A stretch of DNA of 64,000 nucleotides, from contig CBDHGK010000022.1 in NCBI GenBank assembly GCA_965263045.1, positions 4,808-68,807 on the forward strand, written 5' to 3'. Source of the stretch: Terriglobia bacterium (GTDB lineage Bacteria > Acidobacteriota > Terriglobia > 20CM-2-55-15). This document shows, in pieces, positions 35,143 through 47,413 of the stretch. Within the stretch, counting starts at the first letter, position 1. Each line of letters begins with the position of its first letter. The position numbers and the translations under genes were made by a program. The notes beneath the pieces were generated by a model. It did no database searches, was not told the origin of the DNA, and saw only the letters and a program-made list of their open reading frames with translations.

Positions 35143-35454
35143 CTACCGGCGGCTTGCCTTCTTCGTTCGACGCGCCCCGGCAATCTTGTGGAGCGACGCC
35201 GTCGCCTGCTCCGCGGTGTCGAACGGCCCGGAGTACCTGCCGCTCTTGAAGTCCTCCATGCTTTCTCGAAAGGCCGCGTGCAGGCGGCTGTCGATGAGCG
35301 TCTTCGGCGTCATGACGACTCTGCCCTGCTGTTCTTCGACCTCGAGGTAGTCGCCGGGTTTGAGGCCGAGACGGTCGTGCAGCTTCTTGGGGATCACGAC
35401 CTGGCGGCTCACACCCAACTTGACGGTAGTTGGCGCGTCGGATTGTTTTTTCAT
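35143..35454 (-). CDS. AbrB/MazE/SpoVT-type antitoxin (103 aa)
   Basis: VKLGVSRQVVIPKKLHDRLGLKPGDYLEVEEQQGRVVMTP is the looped-hinge-helix AbrB domain. It lies immediately upstream of the RelE-like ORF. Confidence 0.6.
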   Translation of the reverse strand: MKKQSDAPTTVKLGVSRQVVIPKKLHDRLGLKPGDYLEVEEQQGRVVMTPKTLIDSRLHAAFRESMEDFKSGRYSGPFDTAEQATASLHKIAGARRTKKASRR

Positions 35455-35509
35455 ATATTTGTATATTACAACTAGAGCGGGCGTCGGTCAACTAATGTGC
35501 CTGATCGAG

Positions 35510-35879
35510 GACCACCGGTGTTGCCCTCTCCGTCCACGGCTCGATACAGGTACATCAACTGGCCCCGCACCTTGATAAACGTTTCATCAACCCGCCAACT
35601 CCCGCCCACCGGCCGCTCGAATCGGCTCCAACGCTTTTCGCAGGTTTCGGCATAGCGAATGACCCAACGCAAGATCGTGGTGTGCGAAATCGATAAACCC
35701 CGCTCACCTAAAATCACGACCAAGTCTCGGTAACTCAGTTTGAAGCGAAAATACCAGCGAAGGCAGAGGAGAATGATGTCGTCTTCGAACCAACGTCCGG
35801 CAAATAGAGGATTCCGTTCAGTTTTGCGATGCGCCATAACCCATTATCGCCAAGTCCCTTCGCTGTCTGCACCAGAACC
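35510..35879 (-). mobile_element. IS6 subtype A fragment (right IR plus the first ~120 codons of tnp; 5' half deleted)
   Basis: IR tctgcaccagaacc at 35866-35879. ORF 35472..35837 begins MAHRKTERNPLFAGRWFEDDIILLCLRWYF and loses homology after ...LMYLYRAVDGEGNT. Confidence 0.75.
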
Positions 35880-36256
35880 CCCTGGATGCAGCCGTAGCTG
35901 CGGCGTACGGTTGGGCGGCGTACGTTTCCAACGACGAAGTTCTGCGCGAGTTGTTGGCGCTCAACAGAGGTGGAACCTGAGCCACTGGAAGAATCGGTTG
36001 TATCAAGGCCGACTGGGCACTCGCCCCCGCAGGCCTGTCGTCATGCCCTGAGAGGCGGAATCTGGCGGTGAACTTTCGAGGGAGAAGCAGAGCAACCGGA
36101 CGCATGCTTCGACGACGGATCCGGACGCGCGGATGCATCGGAAGAGCCAGGGAGTGGAGACGAAGATGGCCCGGGCCATTGGCAAAGGCGGAGTCCGTCG
36201 CCTGACGGCTCCGCCCTCCGTCCGCTGTCCCATTGCTCTGTCGGCATTGGCGGTCG

Positions 36257-37441
36257 TCACTCCTCCGAATCCTTGGGAGGCGGCAGGTTCAGCAACTCGT
36301 CGACCGTCATGACGCTTTGCGTCACCTGAGCAGAAACCCACAGGGAACGCGCGGCCGGTTCCGGTAGGTTGGTCGTGTAGATCGTCCCGGACAGCTCGAG
36401 GGCCCCGCTCTCCGCCTTCCCGATATAGAAGACCTCGGACCACACCGGCCGTCCGGGCTGCAGATCGCCGCAGTCGATCTCGATGCGGTATCGGTCAGTG
36501 TTCGAGTCAATCTCCACTGCACCGGGCATGTTCAGCGATGGGTCATTGATCGATGCAAGAGCATCGATATCCCACGGATATGATATTTTCTTGGGTGCCC
36601 GCGGCAGTTCCGTGCCGTCCTTGACGACGACGCCGATGTCGGCCGGAATCCGCAGCTCACAGCGAACGTCCTGGGCTGCGACGCGTCCGACGTTTCTCAC
36701 GAGGATGCGCACGGGCCGAAATAAGCGTCGCGCGGAGGCATAGGCGGCCAGTTCTCGATAGTAATCGGGATTCGTCTGGATCATCGTATCTTCCAGGGTG
36801 CCGAGGCGCGAGCTGTAACGGGCCGGGTTGAAATACGGAATGTCGTCTGCGGGAGGCATCTCGCAGGACTCAGCGTCGAACGAAATCTTCGTACCGAGTG
36901 AATTCTCGCGCTCGATGTGGGCAAACTCGATCACGAGTTCGGTCGGCTCCGGTTCCGCCACTTGGCCCATCAACGCAACTTCCTCGGGCAAGGCGGGACT
37001 TGTGGGGTCCGTCGACGTTCCCCGGCGAATGTAGACTTGGTGCTTTTCGAGCTTTCCGTATGGCCGTTTCAGATAGATTGGCCGCGTCTGCTTATCGATT
37101 CGGATAATACCGACGTTCTTGCCCTCCAAGCGAAACGCCTCGTAGTGGAAACGCACGGGGCGGTTCGTCAGTCGGTTTACGAACTGCTGGAGCGAGTGGT
37201 CGTCGAGATGTTCAGTTGCTGGTATTCCCGTCACCTTGCTCCTGACGCCCCGAACTTCTTCGACGCCGATCAAGATGTACCCTTCAGAACGCCGCCACGC
37301 ATTGGCGAAGCCGAGTATGTCCTTGAGCAGCTCCGCCTTTTCGTCCTTCGATGCCTTTGCGAAGCGATACTGCTCTTTCTTGAAGTCCAGAGTCGGGCTC
37401 TCTTCCTCGAAGAGGAGGCGTTCAACTAGTCCGTTGTTCAT
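36257..37441 (-). CDS. AlbA_2 (Schlafen-like, divergent AAA) domain protein with an unknown C-terminal domain (394 aa)
   Basis: N-terminus ESPTLDFKKEQYRFAKASKDEKAELLKDILGFANAWRRSEGYILIGVEEVRG matches the AlbA_2 pattern (E..LEFK........l.kdi.afANt.GG.lliGv.d). Confidence 0.6.
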   Translation of the reverse strand: MNNGLVERLLFEEESPTLDFKKEQYRFAKASKDEKAELLKDILGFANAWRRSEGYILIGVEEVRGVRSKVTGIPATEHLDDHSLQQFVNRLTNRPVRFHYEAFRLEGKNVGIIRIDKQTRPIYLKRPYGKLEKHQVYIRRGTSTDPTSPALPEEVALMGQVAEPEPTELVIEFAHIERENSLGTKISFDAESCEMPPADDIPYFNPARYSSRLGTLEDTMIQTNPDYYRELAAYASARRLFRPVRILVRNVGRVAAQDVRCELRIPADIGVVVKDGTELPRAPKKISYPWDIDALASINDPSLNMPGAVEIDSNTDRYRIEIDCGDLQPGRPVWSEVFYIGKAESGALELSGTIYTTNLPEPAARSLWVSAQVTQSVMTVDELLNLPPPKDSEE

Positions 37442-37614
37442 GCGAACCCAATCCCTTCTCCCTCAAATGCTCGCCGTTTGAAGCTGTCCCGGGTTCAGTT
37501 GAAACCTTCGATGCGCGTTGTTGCCTGGACCGAGGCGGAGATGGAATTCGCCTCGATTCATGTAACAACGCTGGGCAAACTCAACAATCCTATCTGCACC
37601 AGAACCCATTAAAT

Positions 37615-37929
37615 GTTTGGGTCTTCCGCAGAATTTGTGGGTAAAACCGTCTTCCATCGCCGATTGAGGAGACCACGGTGCTCGCCAAGCCTCAAGGCTT
37701 CCCTCGCAAGCTCGGCGGCTGCGCCGGCCTTGACCCTCGGCTGCGCTCCGCGGTGTCGGCTGGTGTGGGCGATGGGGAACGGGGCCTCCGGCGGGGGCTC
37801 CGGGCACCGGGTGTAGGCGTCCGACCGAAGTGGGTACTGGAATATTCGCCGTCGAACAAAAGAATAAGGTACTTTGTTTCAATTACTTATGTGCGCACAG
37901 GCCTTTGGACTGCCCACAAATTCTGCGGA
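37615..37929 (-). mobile_element. MITE copy A (about 305-315 bp, perfect 17-bp TIR TCCGCAGAATTTGTGGG), inserted in the 3' end of the IS30 transposase gene
   Basis: Same unit as 47363..47667 and 48425..48729 but in inverted orientation. The internal sequence is GC-rich and palindromic. It supplies the C-terminal tail SSAEFVGSPKACAHISN to the IS30 transposase ORF. Confidence 0.75.
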
Positions 37930-39100
37930 GGAGGCAAATGTTTCTGCCGGAGTTGCGAACTCCAGCGTCTTGCGTGGCCGCTCGTTGAGTTGCCGAGCAA
38001 CCGCGTCCAAATGTTCCTGTGAGTGTACCGACAGATTCGTCCTTTTGGGAAAGTAGTATCGAAGCAGACCATTGGTGTTCTCATTCGATCCGCGCTGCCA
38101 TGGACTCCGTGGGTCGCAGAAATAGACGGCAATGTTTGTCGCCAAGGTAAACCGCCTGTGATCCGTCATTTCCAGACCGCGATCCCAGGTCAGTGATTTG
38201 TAGAGTTCCGTCGGTAGTGGATGCGCCTGTTCGATGAACGCGTTGACAACAGTTTCGGTCTTCTTGTTGGGAACCTTCGCCAGCATCACATAACGCGAGT
38301 GACGTTCGACCAGAGTGGCGATGTAGGTGTGCCTCGATCCGGCGATCAGATCCCCTTCCCAGTGACCGGGGATCGCACGATCTTCGACTGAAGCCGGGCG
38401 CTCACGGATCGAGATCATGGATTCGATCTGTCCCTTTCCATGGCCTTTCCGGCTCGCTTTTCCAGATCGGCGAATCGTGCGTCTTGTCCGCAGATACTGA
38501 GTCAGTTCTTTCTTCAAAACCCCGCGGGCCTGGACAAAAAGGCTGCGATAGATCGTCTCGTGGGACACGTGAAGCGACTCGTTTTCCGGAATATGAGTGT
38601 TTCAGCCAACCGGCGATTTGCTCGGGCGACCAGACCTGCCGCAGCTTCTCTTCAACAAGCTGCCGTAAGCGGGGACTGCGGGCTAACCGGCACGACTTCG
38701 GACGGCGCGCCCGCTCCCAGGTCCGCTCATCGGCTTCCGATGCCCGATAGCTATCAGATCCCCCATTTCGGCTGACCTCCCGGCTCACCGTCGATGGCGA
38801 CCGACCCAGTCGCACGGCAATCGAACGGATCGATTCTTTGGCCGCAATACCTCTGGAGATCTCTTCACGTTCGACCAGAGTCAGTGCCCGCGATGACCGG
38901 CAACGGGACTGCGGACGGATGCCCCCGTACACGGCCAGTTGACGATGAATCGCCGGTCCCCCTCTGTCCAGCACGCGTCCGATTGATTGGGACGACTCCC
39001 CCCGCTGCCAGCGATCCCACACCTCGACCCGCTCGGTCGCTGTGAACCATAGCCGCTTCCTCATCCGCTTGTTCTTTCGTTTCTTGCCCATACACTTCAC
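37879..39100 (-). pseudogene. IS30-family transposase, frameshifted (N-terminal HTH part 38402..39100, DDE core 37930..38568) with a MITE-derived 3' tail
   Basis: DDE core ...IPGHWEGDLIAGSRHTYIATLVERHSRYVML...LTWDRGLEMTDH...YFCDPRSPWQRGSNENTNGLLRYYFPK is IS30-like. The upstream ORF has an HTH region. The two ORFs overlap in different frames. Confidence 0.7.
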
Positions 39101-39704
39101 CTCTCTTCTTATGTGAAGTGTTGCATCGACCCCTTGAAATCACCTCCTTTATCGTTCATATGGAATGAGCAAGGAGATACGCCGCTATGATGAAGACGTC
39201 CGGGAAGATCGAGAAGGGATTGCCTGAGACCACGATGTCCGGGACGCTGCTTGACCTTGATTTCCCACGCTCGTGGCCAGTTGAGTTGCTTGGCTACCTC
39301 ATTGAGCACCACGATTTGTTCCGAGGGTGGGTCAACGGGCAAGGTCAGGTCTCCGCTAAAGCCCACGACGAGGTCGTGCGCGGGCTAAGGCGTGCCTTGC
39401 AGCCATATCAAATATTGGGCTGGCATTGCACGCGCCTTACTTGAGTGCGCCCTTCCGACTGGAGACTTTTCCCAAAAGTTTAGTACAGAATTATCGGCAT
39501 AGAGCGACGGCCTGAAACGAGTGGAATGAGAGCCCGCCGTCGAGGCTGTGGAAAATGTGGTAAAGCAGAGCGTTTTTTGCGAGGCTTTTCCAAACGGCTG
39601 TGGGAATCCGTGTTGTTTACGGATTTCCATCAGACGTGGCATTTTCCACAGCCTCTCGCGCGAGTCGTTTTTGGGCCGGTCGCAAAGGACACCGATATTC
39701 GAAA

Positions 39705-40061
39705 TGGGAAAAATCCGTCGAAAGTTCGAACCCGAATTCAAACGCCAGATGGTCGAACAGGTCGAGACCGGGCAAGTAACGATGGCCCAGGCCGCACGCG
39801 AGTATCAAATTTCGCGAAGCCTGATCGAACGGTGGCGAAAACAGTATCGCAGCAACGTCAGCGCTCTGGCAGACCAGCCGTCCCGACAGGAGCGCCAATT
39901 GGAAGCCGAGAACGAGAAGCTGAAGGCGAAGATCGGCGACCTGGTCATGCAAATCGAACACCTAAAAAAACTGCAAGTTTGGGTTCGACAGCGGAAAAGC
40001 GCCAATACGTCCGCGATCACCTCGAACAACTTGGATCAGTTTCGAAAGCGTGCCAAGTGAC
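39705..40061 (+). CDS. IS3-family OrfA (HTH plus leucine-zipper transposase subunit)
   Basis: MGKIRRKFEPEFKRQMVEQVETGQVTMAQAAREYQISRSLIERWRKQYR...ENEKLKAKIGDLVMQIEHLKK is a classic IS3 OrfA. Confidence 0.7.
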
Positions 40062-40807
40062 CGGCTTGGCGCCCAGCAGCTACTACTACAAGCCGGACCG
40101 ATCGGACCGGCAGCGGCGTGAAGCCGAGGATGAGAAACTGCGTCTCCAGATCGACGACATTCATGCTGAATTCCCGGGTTACGGCTACCGTCGCATCGTG
40201 CGGGAACTGGACCGTCGTGGCATCCAGGTCAACGCCAAACGTGTTCGCCGCGTAATGGGCAAGTACGATCTCGGACCCATCGTTTGGCGTGCGTTCATAC
40301 GGACCACCGATTCGAAACACCAACTACCGATCTATCCGAATCTGATCAAGAATCGGAAGGTTCGTGCACTCAACGAAGTGTGGGTCGCCGACATCACTTA
40401 CATCCGGATTCGCTCCAGCTTCGTCTATCTGGCGGCGATTCTGGATCTGTATTCTCGCAGGATCGTCGGTTGGGCGATCTCCAAGCGGATCGACAGCGCC
40501 CTGTGCGTCGCCGCTCTTCGCATGGCTCTCGACTCTCGGCGGCCTGGTCCCGACTGCATTCACCACTCAGACCGCGGCAGCCAGTACGCTTCGGCCGACT
40601 ATGTCGACCTACTCGGTGAACACGGGGTCCAGATCAGCATGTCTGCCAAGGGCAATCCCTACGACAATGCATTCATCGAGTCGTTCTACAAGACTCTCAA
40701 ATACGAGGAGGTTCACTTATGGAACTATGAAACCTACGACGACGTGATCGAAAGGCTTCCCTTCTTCATCGAGGAAGTGAACCGCCCCGGGTTTCCCGGA
40801 GACCGTT

Positions 40808-42048
<1,241 letters not shown>

Positions 42049-42254
42049 CTTCTCAAGTAATGGAGTCTCCGGGAAACCCGGGGCGGTTCAAAGTCTATAA
42101 CTTCAAGCGCCTTCACTCCTCTATCGGCTACGTTCCGCCGAATGAGTTTGAAGACGCTCTTGTGAACATGAAACCCGCTGATCGGCCTGTACTAATCCTA
42201 GGGAAATAACTCTCCAGTTCACGGGGCGCACTCCATACAGATGCCGAGGCAGAG

Positions 42255-42803
42255 GTGATTCGGCGCAAGGGCATGCAGCTACCCGACGCCGAGATGCTTG
42301 CGAGCCGCATTGACGCCCTCGTGAAAACTAGCCTGATCACGCCCGACATTGCGCGGCGTCTCAAGTCCGAGAATAGAGTTAGTGAACAGTCCCGCGCCGT
42401 CTACTTCTGCTTCTTTCCTCCGCGAAACGCTGACGAGGACGGGATCGGTCGATTCTTTCGTCACTGGGGTGGCGAGGCATTATACGTTTGCCACGAGGAC
42501 GATTCGATCACGTCACCTGCCATTAGCTGCGTTGGTACGCCATGCATCGTTGAAGCTGACGTTCCAATCTCGCTACTTCGGATGGAGGGAAACCTCGAAC
42601 CCAGCATCTACCGCAGGTACTTGGCTAGTCGTGGCGCTCCCATAAATTACTACGATTACGAGGACCGTATCGAGCATCCGCTACCAGCAAAGAGCGTGAG
42701 GCGTGTTATTGCCTTTCCAGACCCGGATTTCTATTCCCTTACGGGCTGTTCTGAGTGGCGCAGGCCGATCTCACAGTGCCGAGCAAATACTGAGAGTGCC
42801 TGA
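42255..42803 (+). CDS. Hypothetical protein (182 aa)
   Basis: ORF only; no recognisable motifs. Confidence 0.3.
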   Translation: MIRRKGMQLPDAEMLASRIDALVKTSLITPDIARRLKSENRVSEQSRAVYFCFFPPRNADEDGIGRFFRHWGGEALYVCHEDDSITSPAISCVGTPCIVEADVPISLLRMEGNLEPSIYRRYLASRGAPINYYDYEDRIEHPLPAKSVRRVIAFPDPDFYSLTGCSEWRRPISQCRANTESA

Positions 42804-43509
42804 ATGCGATCGGGTGTCGCAAAAGGCCCGTGACCCCGTAGAATTGCAACAACGACTTGTGCGACAGGGTTTTACAACGCAATCCGCGGCCGGATCCGGG
42901 GTCGTGAGCCTTCCCCATTACTTGTCGCGAAACCGACCGGTTTTACGACGGTCACGCTCACGGCCTTGGCGTGCACAATCGCGCCGATCTGACTGATACC
43001 CTTGTGTCGCCGTCGCGCGCGAAGGGGCGCGCCCTTTCCAGTTTCGGACGCTGCGTGGTCTTACCTGAAGCCGTGTCGGTAAAAGAGCCGATCGACCGGG
43101 ACATGCTCGAGTTGGCGTTCCGGGTTCTGGTCGAAGCTGCTCACCCGGACGTAGCCGATGCGTTGACCGTGCAAGGTATCCTCTTGAATCTAATCTGTCA
43201 GAAAGAAATCTGTGACCCTTGACGGTATATGTCAATCAATTCAAGGGAGGACTCTATCCTGACGCCACTGCGCTGCCTTCCCTGACAACAGGTTAGGGTG
43301 TACTCCAACCCGACACCTTCCTGCCGCCCCCAAATTTCCTTAGCGTACGATTTTCCCCGTTTCGTGAGGTGACCCCAGCTACCGGTTTGAGCGCGGCCGT
43401 CGGAACGAAAAAGAATGGCGAACTGGTCCTGCTGCCATTCTCGGCCCCGTCAATCCCTCCCCTAAAAACTCCTCACGTAAGCCCAAGCTCGGGAGTTAAC
43501 CTTTGTGGT

Positions 43510-45576
43510 TTACCGTCCGCAGTCCTGGTAGCTTGAGGCCATGCACGCCCGCGCCCAGTCAGTCGCGCGGCGGATCTCGGTGCGGGTCATGTCCCGTTCT
43601 ACGGTGGCCCGCCAATCCATAGCGTCTACGTGTCCTTTGCCGGCGGCGACGTAGAACCACATGTATGCGAGCACGGAATCCTTGACGACCCCTAGAGCAT
43701 TGGCGTACATGAACCCGAGATTGTATTGCGCGCTGGCAATGCCCTGCGCGGCGGCCAAGCGATACCAGAGAGCGGCTTCGGCAGCGTCCTTGCTCACGCC
43801 ACGCCCGTTGGCATAATGGACGCCGAGGTTGTACTGCGCGCCGGCGTGGCCCTGTTCGGCCGCCAAGCGGAACCAGCGTACGCCTTCGGCAAAGTCCTGT
43901 GGCACACCTCGGCCCTCGTTATACATGCCCGCGAGGTTATACTGCGCAACGGCGTCTCCTTGATCGGCCGCCAAGCGATACCAGCGCACGGCTTCGGTAG
44001 CGTTCTCAATGACGCCATCCCCAAAATCGTAACTGATCCCGAGGTTGTACTGCGCAACGGCGTGGCCCTGTTCGGCCGCCAAGCGGAACCAGCGCACGGC
44101 TTCGGCGTCGTCGGGGGGAACACCTCGGCCCGCATCATACATGGTCCCGAGGTTGTACTGCGCGGGGTCGTGGCCTTGATCGGCCGCCAAACGGAACCAT
44201 CGCATGGCTTCGGCAAAGTCCTCTGGCACACCTCGGCCCGCAGCATACATGACACCAAGGTCGGACTGGGCGCCGGCATGGCCCTGTTCGGCCGCCAAGC
44301 AGAACCAGCGCATGGCTTCGGCGTCGTCGGGTGGAATACCTCGGCCCGAGAAATATATGAAGCCGAGGTTGTACTGCGCCTCGGCGTCACCTTGTTCAGC
44401 GGCTTCCCTGACTGCGTCGAGATTCTCCGGTTCATCTTGCGCTACGCTCTCACCCGTGTCGTACATCGAGCCAAGGTCGGACTGCGCCTTGGCGTCACCC
44501 TGGTCAGCGGCCAAGCGGCCAATGGCGGCCTGCGCAACCGCTAATCCCAGGTCAGCGGCTAAGCGGAGCCACCGGACTGCGTCCGCTTCACCTTGTTCAG
44601 CGGCCAAGCCGAACCACCGGGTGGCCTCGACGTCATCCTCCACCACGCCCCAGCCCGCGGCGTACATCGCGCCGAGGTTAGTCTGCGCAACCGCTAATCC
44701 CTGGTCAGCGGCCAAGCGGTACCACCGGACTGCCTCAACGTCATCCTTCGACACACCCCGGCCGTCGAGGTACATCCCTCCGAGGTTAGTCTGCGCAGCC
44801 GCTAATCCCTGCTCAGCGGCTAAGCTGTACCACCGGACAGCCTCCGCGTCATCCTCCGCCACGCCCCGGCCATTGGCGTACGCCACGCCAAGGTTGTACT
44901 GCGCCAACGCGCGGCCCTGTTCTGCGGCCAAGCTGTGCCACCGGATAGCTTCAGCGTCATCTTGCGGCACGCCTATGCCCTCGAGGTACATCCCTCCGAG
45001 CGCTTGTTGTCCCTCCGCGTTACCTTGTTCTGCGGCCAAGCTGTACCACCGGACGGCCTCCGCGTCATCCTCCGCCACGCCTATGCCCTCGAGGTACCTC
45101 AAGCCAAGAGCGGTCTGTGCGGCCGCGATGCCCTGTTCTGCGGCTAAGCTGTACCACCGGACAGCCTCCGCGTCATCCTCCGCCACGCCCCGGCCATTGG
45201 CGTACGCCACGCCAAGGTTGTACTGCGCTGCCGCGATGCCTTGTTCTGCGGCCAAGCTGTACCACCGGACGGCCTCCGTGTCATCCTCCGCCACGCCTCG
45301 GCCATTGGCGTACATCACGCCAAGAGCGGTCTGCGCGACCGCGTGCCCCTGTTCTCCAGCCCGGAGGAACCACCGGACAGCCTCAACGTCGTCTTGCGGC
45401 ACACCATCGCCGACGAGGTACATTACCCCGAGCGCTTCCTGGGCAACCGCATCACCGCCTTCTGCCTGTACGCGCAACCGTGTAGTCTCAGTGTCCTGCC
45501 CCGACAGATTTCCAACCAAGACGAATACGGACAACAGTAGAGCCAGCAGACGAATGTTCGCGTTTCGGTTAGCCAT
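43510..45576 (-). CDS. Secreted Sel1-repeat protein, about 688 aa, roughly 16 Sel1 repeats
   Basis: Signal/TM segment MANRNANIRLLALLLSVFVLVGNLSGQ followed by many AxxWYxLAAEQGxAxAQxxLGxMYxxGxGVxxDDxEA units. Confidence 0.8.
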   Translation of the reverse strand: MANRNANIRLLALLLSVFVLVGNLSGQDTETTRLRVQAEGGDAVAQEALGVMYLVGDGVPQDDVEAVRWFLRAGEQGHAVAQTALGVMYANGRGVAEDDTEAVRWYSLAAEQGIAAAQYNLGVAYANGRGVAEDDAEAVRWYSLAAEQGIAAAQTALGLRYLEGIGVAEDDAEAVRWYSLAAEQGNAEGQQALGGMYLEGIGVPQDDAEAIRWHSLAAEQGRALAQYNLGVAYANGRGVAEDDAEAVRWYSLAAEQGLAAAQTNLGGMYLDGRGVSKDDVEAVRWYRLAADQGLAVAQTNLGAMYAAGWGVVEDDVEATRWFGLAAEQGEADAVRWLRLAADLGLAVAQAAIGRLAADQGDAKAQSDLGSMYDTGESVAQDEPENLDAVREAAEQGDAEAQYNLGFIYFSGRGIPPDDAEAMRWFCLAAEQGHAGAQSDLGVMYAAGRGVPEDFAEAMRWFRLAADQGHDPAQYNLGTMYDAGRGVPPDDAEAVRWFRLAAEQGHAVAQYNLGISYDFGDGVIENATEAVRWYRLAADQGDAVAQYNLAGMYNEGRGVPQDFAEGVRWFRLAAEQGHAGAQYNLGVHYANGRGVSKDAAEAALWYRLAAAQGIASAQYNLGFMYANALGVVKDSVLAYMWFYVAAGKGHVDAMDWRATVERDMTRTEIRRATDWARACMASSYQDCGR

Positions 45577-45630
45577 GTGGATCAATCTCCCCTTCTCCGC
45601 CATTGGTTGTCACAAATCTCACAGACCTTG

Positions 45631-45650
45631 CTAGGAGTCTGCGCCGTAGA
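45631..45650. mobile_element. Solo IS1182-type terminal IR
   Basis: ctaggagtctgcgccgtaga matches the IRs at 58899 and 60436 and the truncated copy at 22490. Confidence 0.6.
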
Positions 45651-45752
45651 AAAAACCCGGCACTACATATCGACGCTAAGCGCCGTATACTCACAACATA
45701 CCGCGGCCATAATGGCCTAAAAGCGTTCTACCGCGCAGGCTCATAGGAGCTG

Positions 45753-46205
45753 ACCAATCTACCGAACTATGGATCAGCCGTATATCCCCTCTCCCGGCTT
45801 GGTCGGTCGCTGGGTCAGATCGTCGCCATCCTCGACACCCTCAGCAAGGCAGGCGTCACCTTCGTGGCGATGAAGGAGAACATCCGCATCGAGGGCAAGC
45901 GCGATATCCAGACGAAAGTCATGACCACCCTCTTCGCGCTGTTCGCCGAGGTCGAGCGCGACCTGATCTCCGAGCGCACCCGCGAGGGCCTCGCCAAGGC
46001 CAGGGCCTCGGGCCGGAAGCTCGGGCGCCCGAAGGGCTCGTTGGGCGTCTCACGGCTCAACGGCAAGGAGGACGCCATCCGGCGCTTCCTCGAGCTGGGC
46101 CTTTCCAAGACCGCCATCGCCAAGCTCACGGGCGTGTCCCGTACGACCCTTTACAGCTTCATAAGCACCCGAGGGCTCAAGCCGAGCCCTTACGTGTATT
46201 TCTGA
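45753..46205 (+). pseudogene. Serine recombinase (resolvase) C-terminal fragment: end of the catalytic domain, E-helix and HTH
   Basis: In-frame translation from 45753 reads ...AVYPLSRLGRSLGQIVAILDTLSKAGVTFVAMKENIRIEG...LFALFAEVERDLISERTREGLAKARASGRKLGRPKG...LSKTAIAKLTGVSRTTLYSFI. This is the resolvase region from the LDRLGRS motif through the C-terminal HTH. It has no start codon of its own. Confidence 0.7.
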
Positions 46206-46312
46206 ACGAATCTGGTCGGCACCCTTACAGCAACCTGCCGAGCCTCTTGCTAACCTAGTGTAGTCCGTCTCAATTAACGTAACTTATTTAGCTTTCCTAC
46301 GTCTGAGTATAT

Positions 46313-47413
46313 ATGAGGAAAGCACCGACGATTAAATTGGACATTCCTGTGCGGAAGGAACTGGAGCGGCTGAGCCGAAGCCGCAGTGTGGCGGTCCGGT
46401 TGGCGGAACGATCTCGAATTGTCTTGCTGGCCGCCGGGGGTCTCGACAATCAGGAGATCGGCGCCAAGTTGGACATCACTCGTCAAAAGGCCGGACGTTG
46501 GCGCGATCGTTTCGTTGAAGATGGCCTCGGGGGAATCGAAAAGGACGCTTCCCGCAGTGGACGGATTCCCTCGATCGGCCGCCGGAAGCGGGCCCGGATC
46601 GTGAAGAAAACGGTCGAAGGGAAGCCTCCGAACGCCACGCACTGGAGCCGGTCCTTGATGGCCAGGGCAACCGGCGTCAGCGAGTCCACGGTAGGGAGAA
46701 TCTGGCGGGCTCATGGCTTGAAGCCTCATCTGGCATGCACCTTCAAACTGTCCAACGACAAACAATTTGTCGAGAAGTTGGAGGATGTGGTCGGTTTGTA
46801 TCTGAACCCTCCGGACAACGCCATTGTTTTGTCCTGCGATGAGAAGAGCCAGATGCAGGCCCTGGACCGCACGCAACCTGGGTTACCTCTGAAGAAGGGG
46901 CGGTGCGGCACCCTCACCCACGACTACAAACGCAACGGGACGACCACGATGTTCGCCGCGCTCAATACGCTGGACGGCTCGATTATCGGGACCTGTATGC
47001 CGAAGCACCGTCGTCAGGAATGGATCCGGTTTCTCAATCAGATCAAACGCTCCGTGCCGAAAGACAAACAGATCCATATCATTTGCGACAACTACGCCAC
47101 GCACAAACATCAGAAAGTCGTCAACTGGTTGAAGCGCAACACGCGCTTTCATGTGCACTTCACACCGACCAGTGCATCCTGGCTGAACATGGTCGAACGC
47201 TTCTTCCGGGATCTTTCCGAACAACGGCTTCGGCGCGGGGTTTTCCACTCGGTTCCTGAGCTAATCCAGGCCGTGGAGAAGTATGTCGCAGGTCACAATC
47301 AGAACCCCAAGCCGTTCATCTGGACTGCAACGGCTTCCGATATTCTTGAAAAAGTTGCCTCCTCCGCAGAATTTGTGGGCAGTCCAAAGGCCTGTGCGCA
47401 CATAAGTAATTGA
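46313..47413 (+). CDS. IS630-family DDE transposase; last 17 codons supplied by MITE copy B
   Basis: HTH N-terminus and a DDE region (LSCDEKSQMQAL...IICDNYATHKH...TSASWLNMVERFF) typical of IS630/Tc1. The tail SSAEFVGSPKACAHISN is identical to the tail on the IS30 transposase and is encoded by the MITE. Confidence 0.75.
   Translation: MRKAPTIKLDIPVRKELERLSRSRSVAVRLAERSRIVLLAAGGLDNQEIGAKLDITRQKAGRWRDRFVEDGLGGIEKDASRSGRIPSIGRRKRARIVKKTVEGKPPNATHWSRSLMARATGVSESTVGRIWRAHGLKPHLACTFKLSNDKQFVEKLEDVVGLYLNPPDNAIVLSCDEKSQMQALDRTQPGLPLKKGRCGTLTHDYKRNGTTTMFAALNTLDGSIIGTCMPKHRRQEWIRFLNQIKRSVPKDKQIHIICDNYATHKHQKVVNWLKRNTRFHVHFTPTSASWLNMVERFFRDLSEQRLRRGVFHSVPELIQAVEKYVAGHNQNPKPFIWTATASDILEKVASSAEFVGSPKACAHISN

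Noticed and set aside
34670-35491. ORF 34670..35491 (-, 273 aa) spanning the TA locus
   Set aside because: It is an Arg/Pro-rich alternate frame overlapping both the RelE-like and AbrB-like genes, which have specific motifs and proper spacing.
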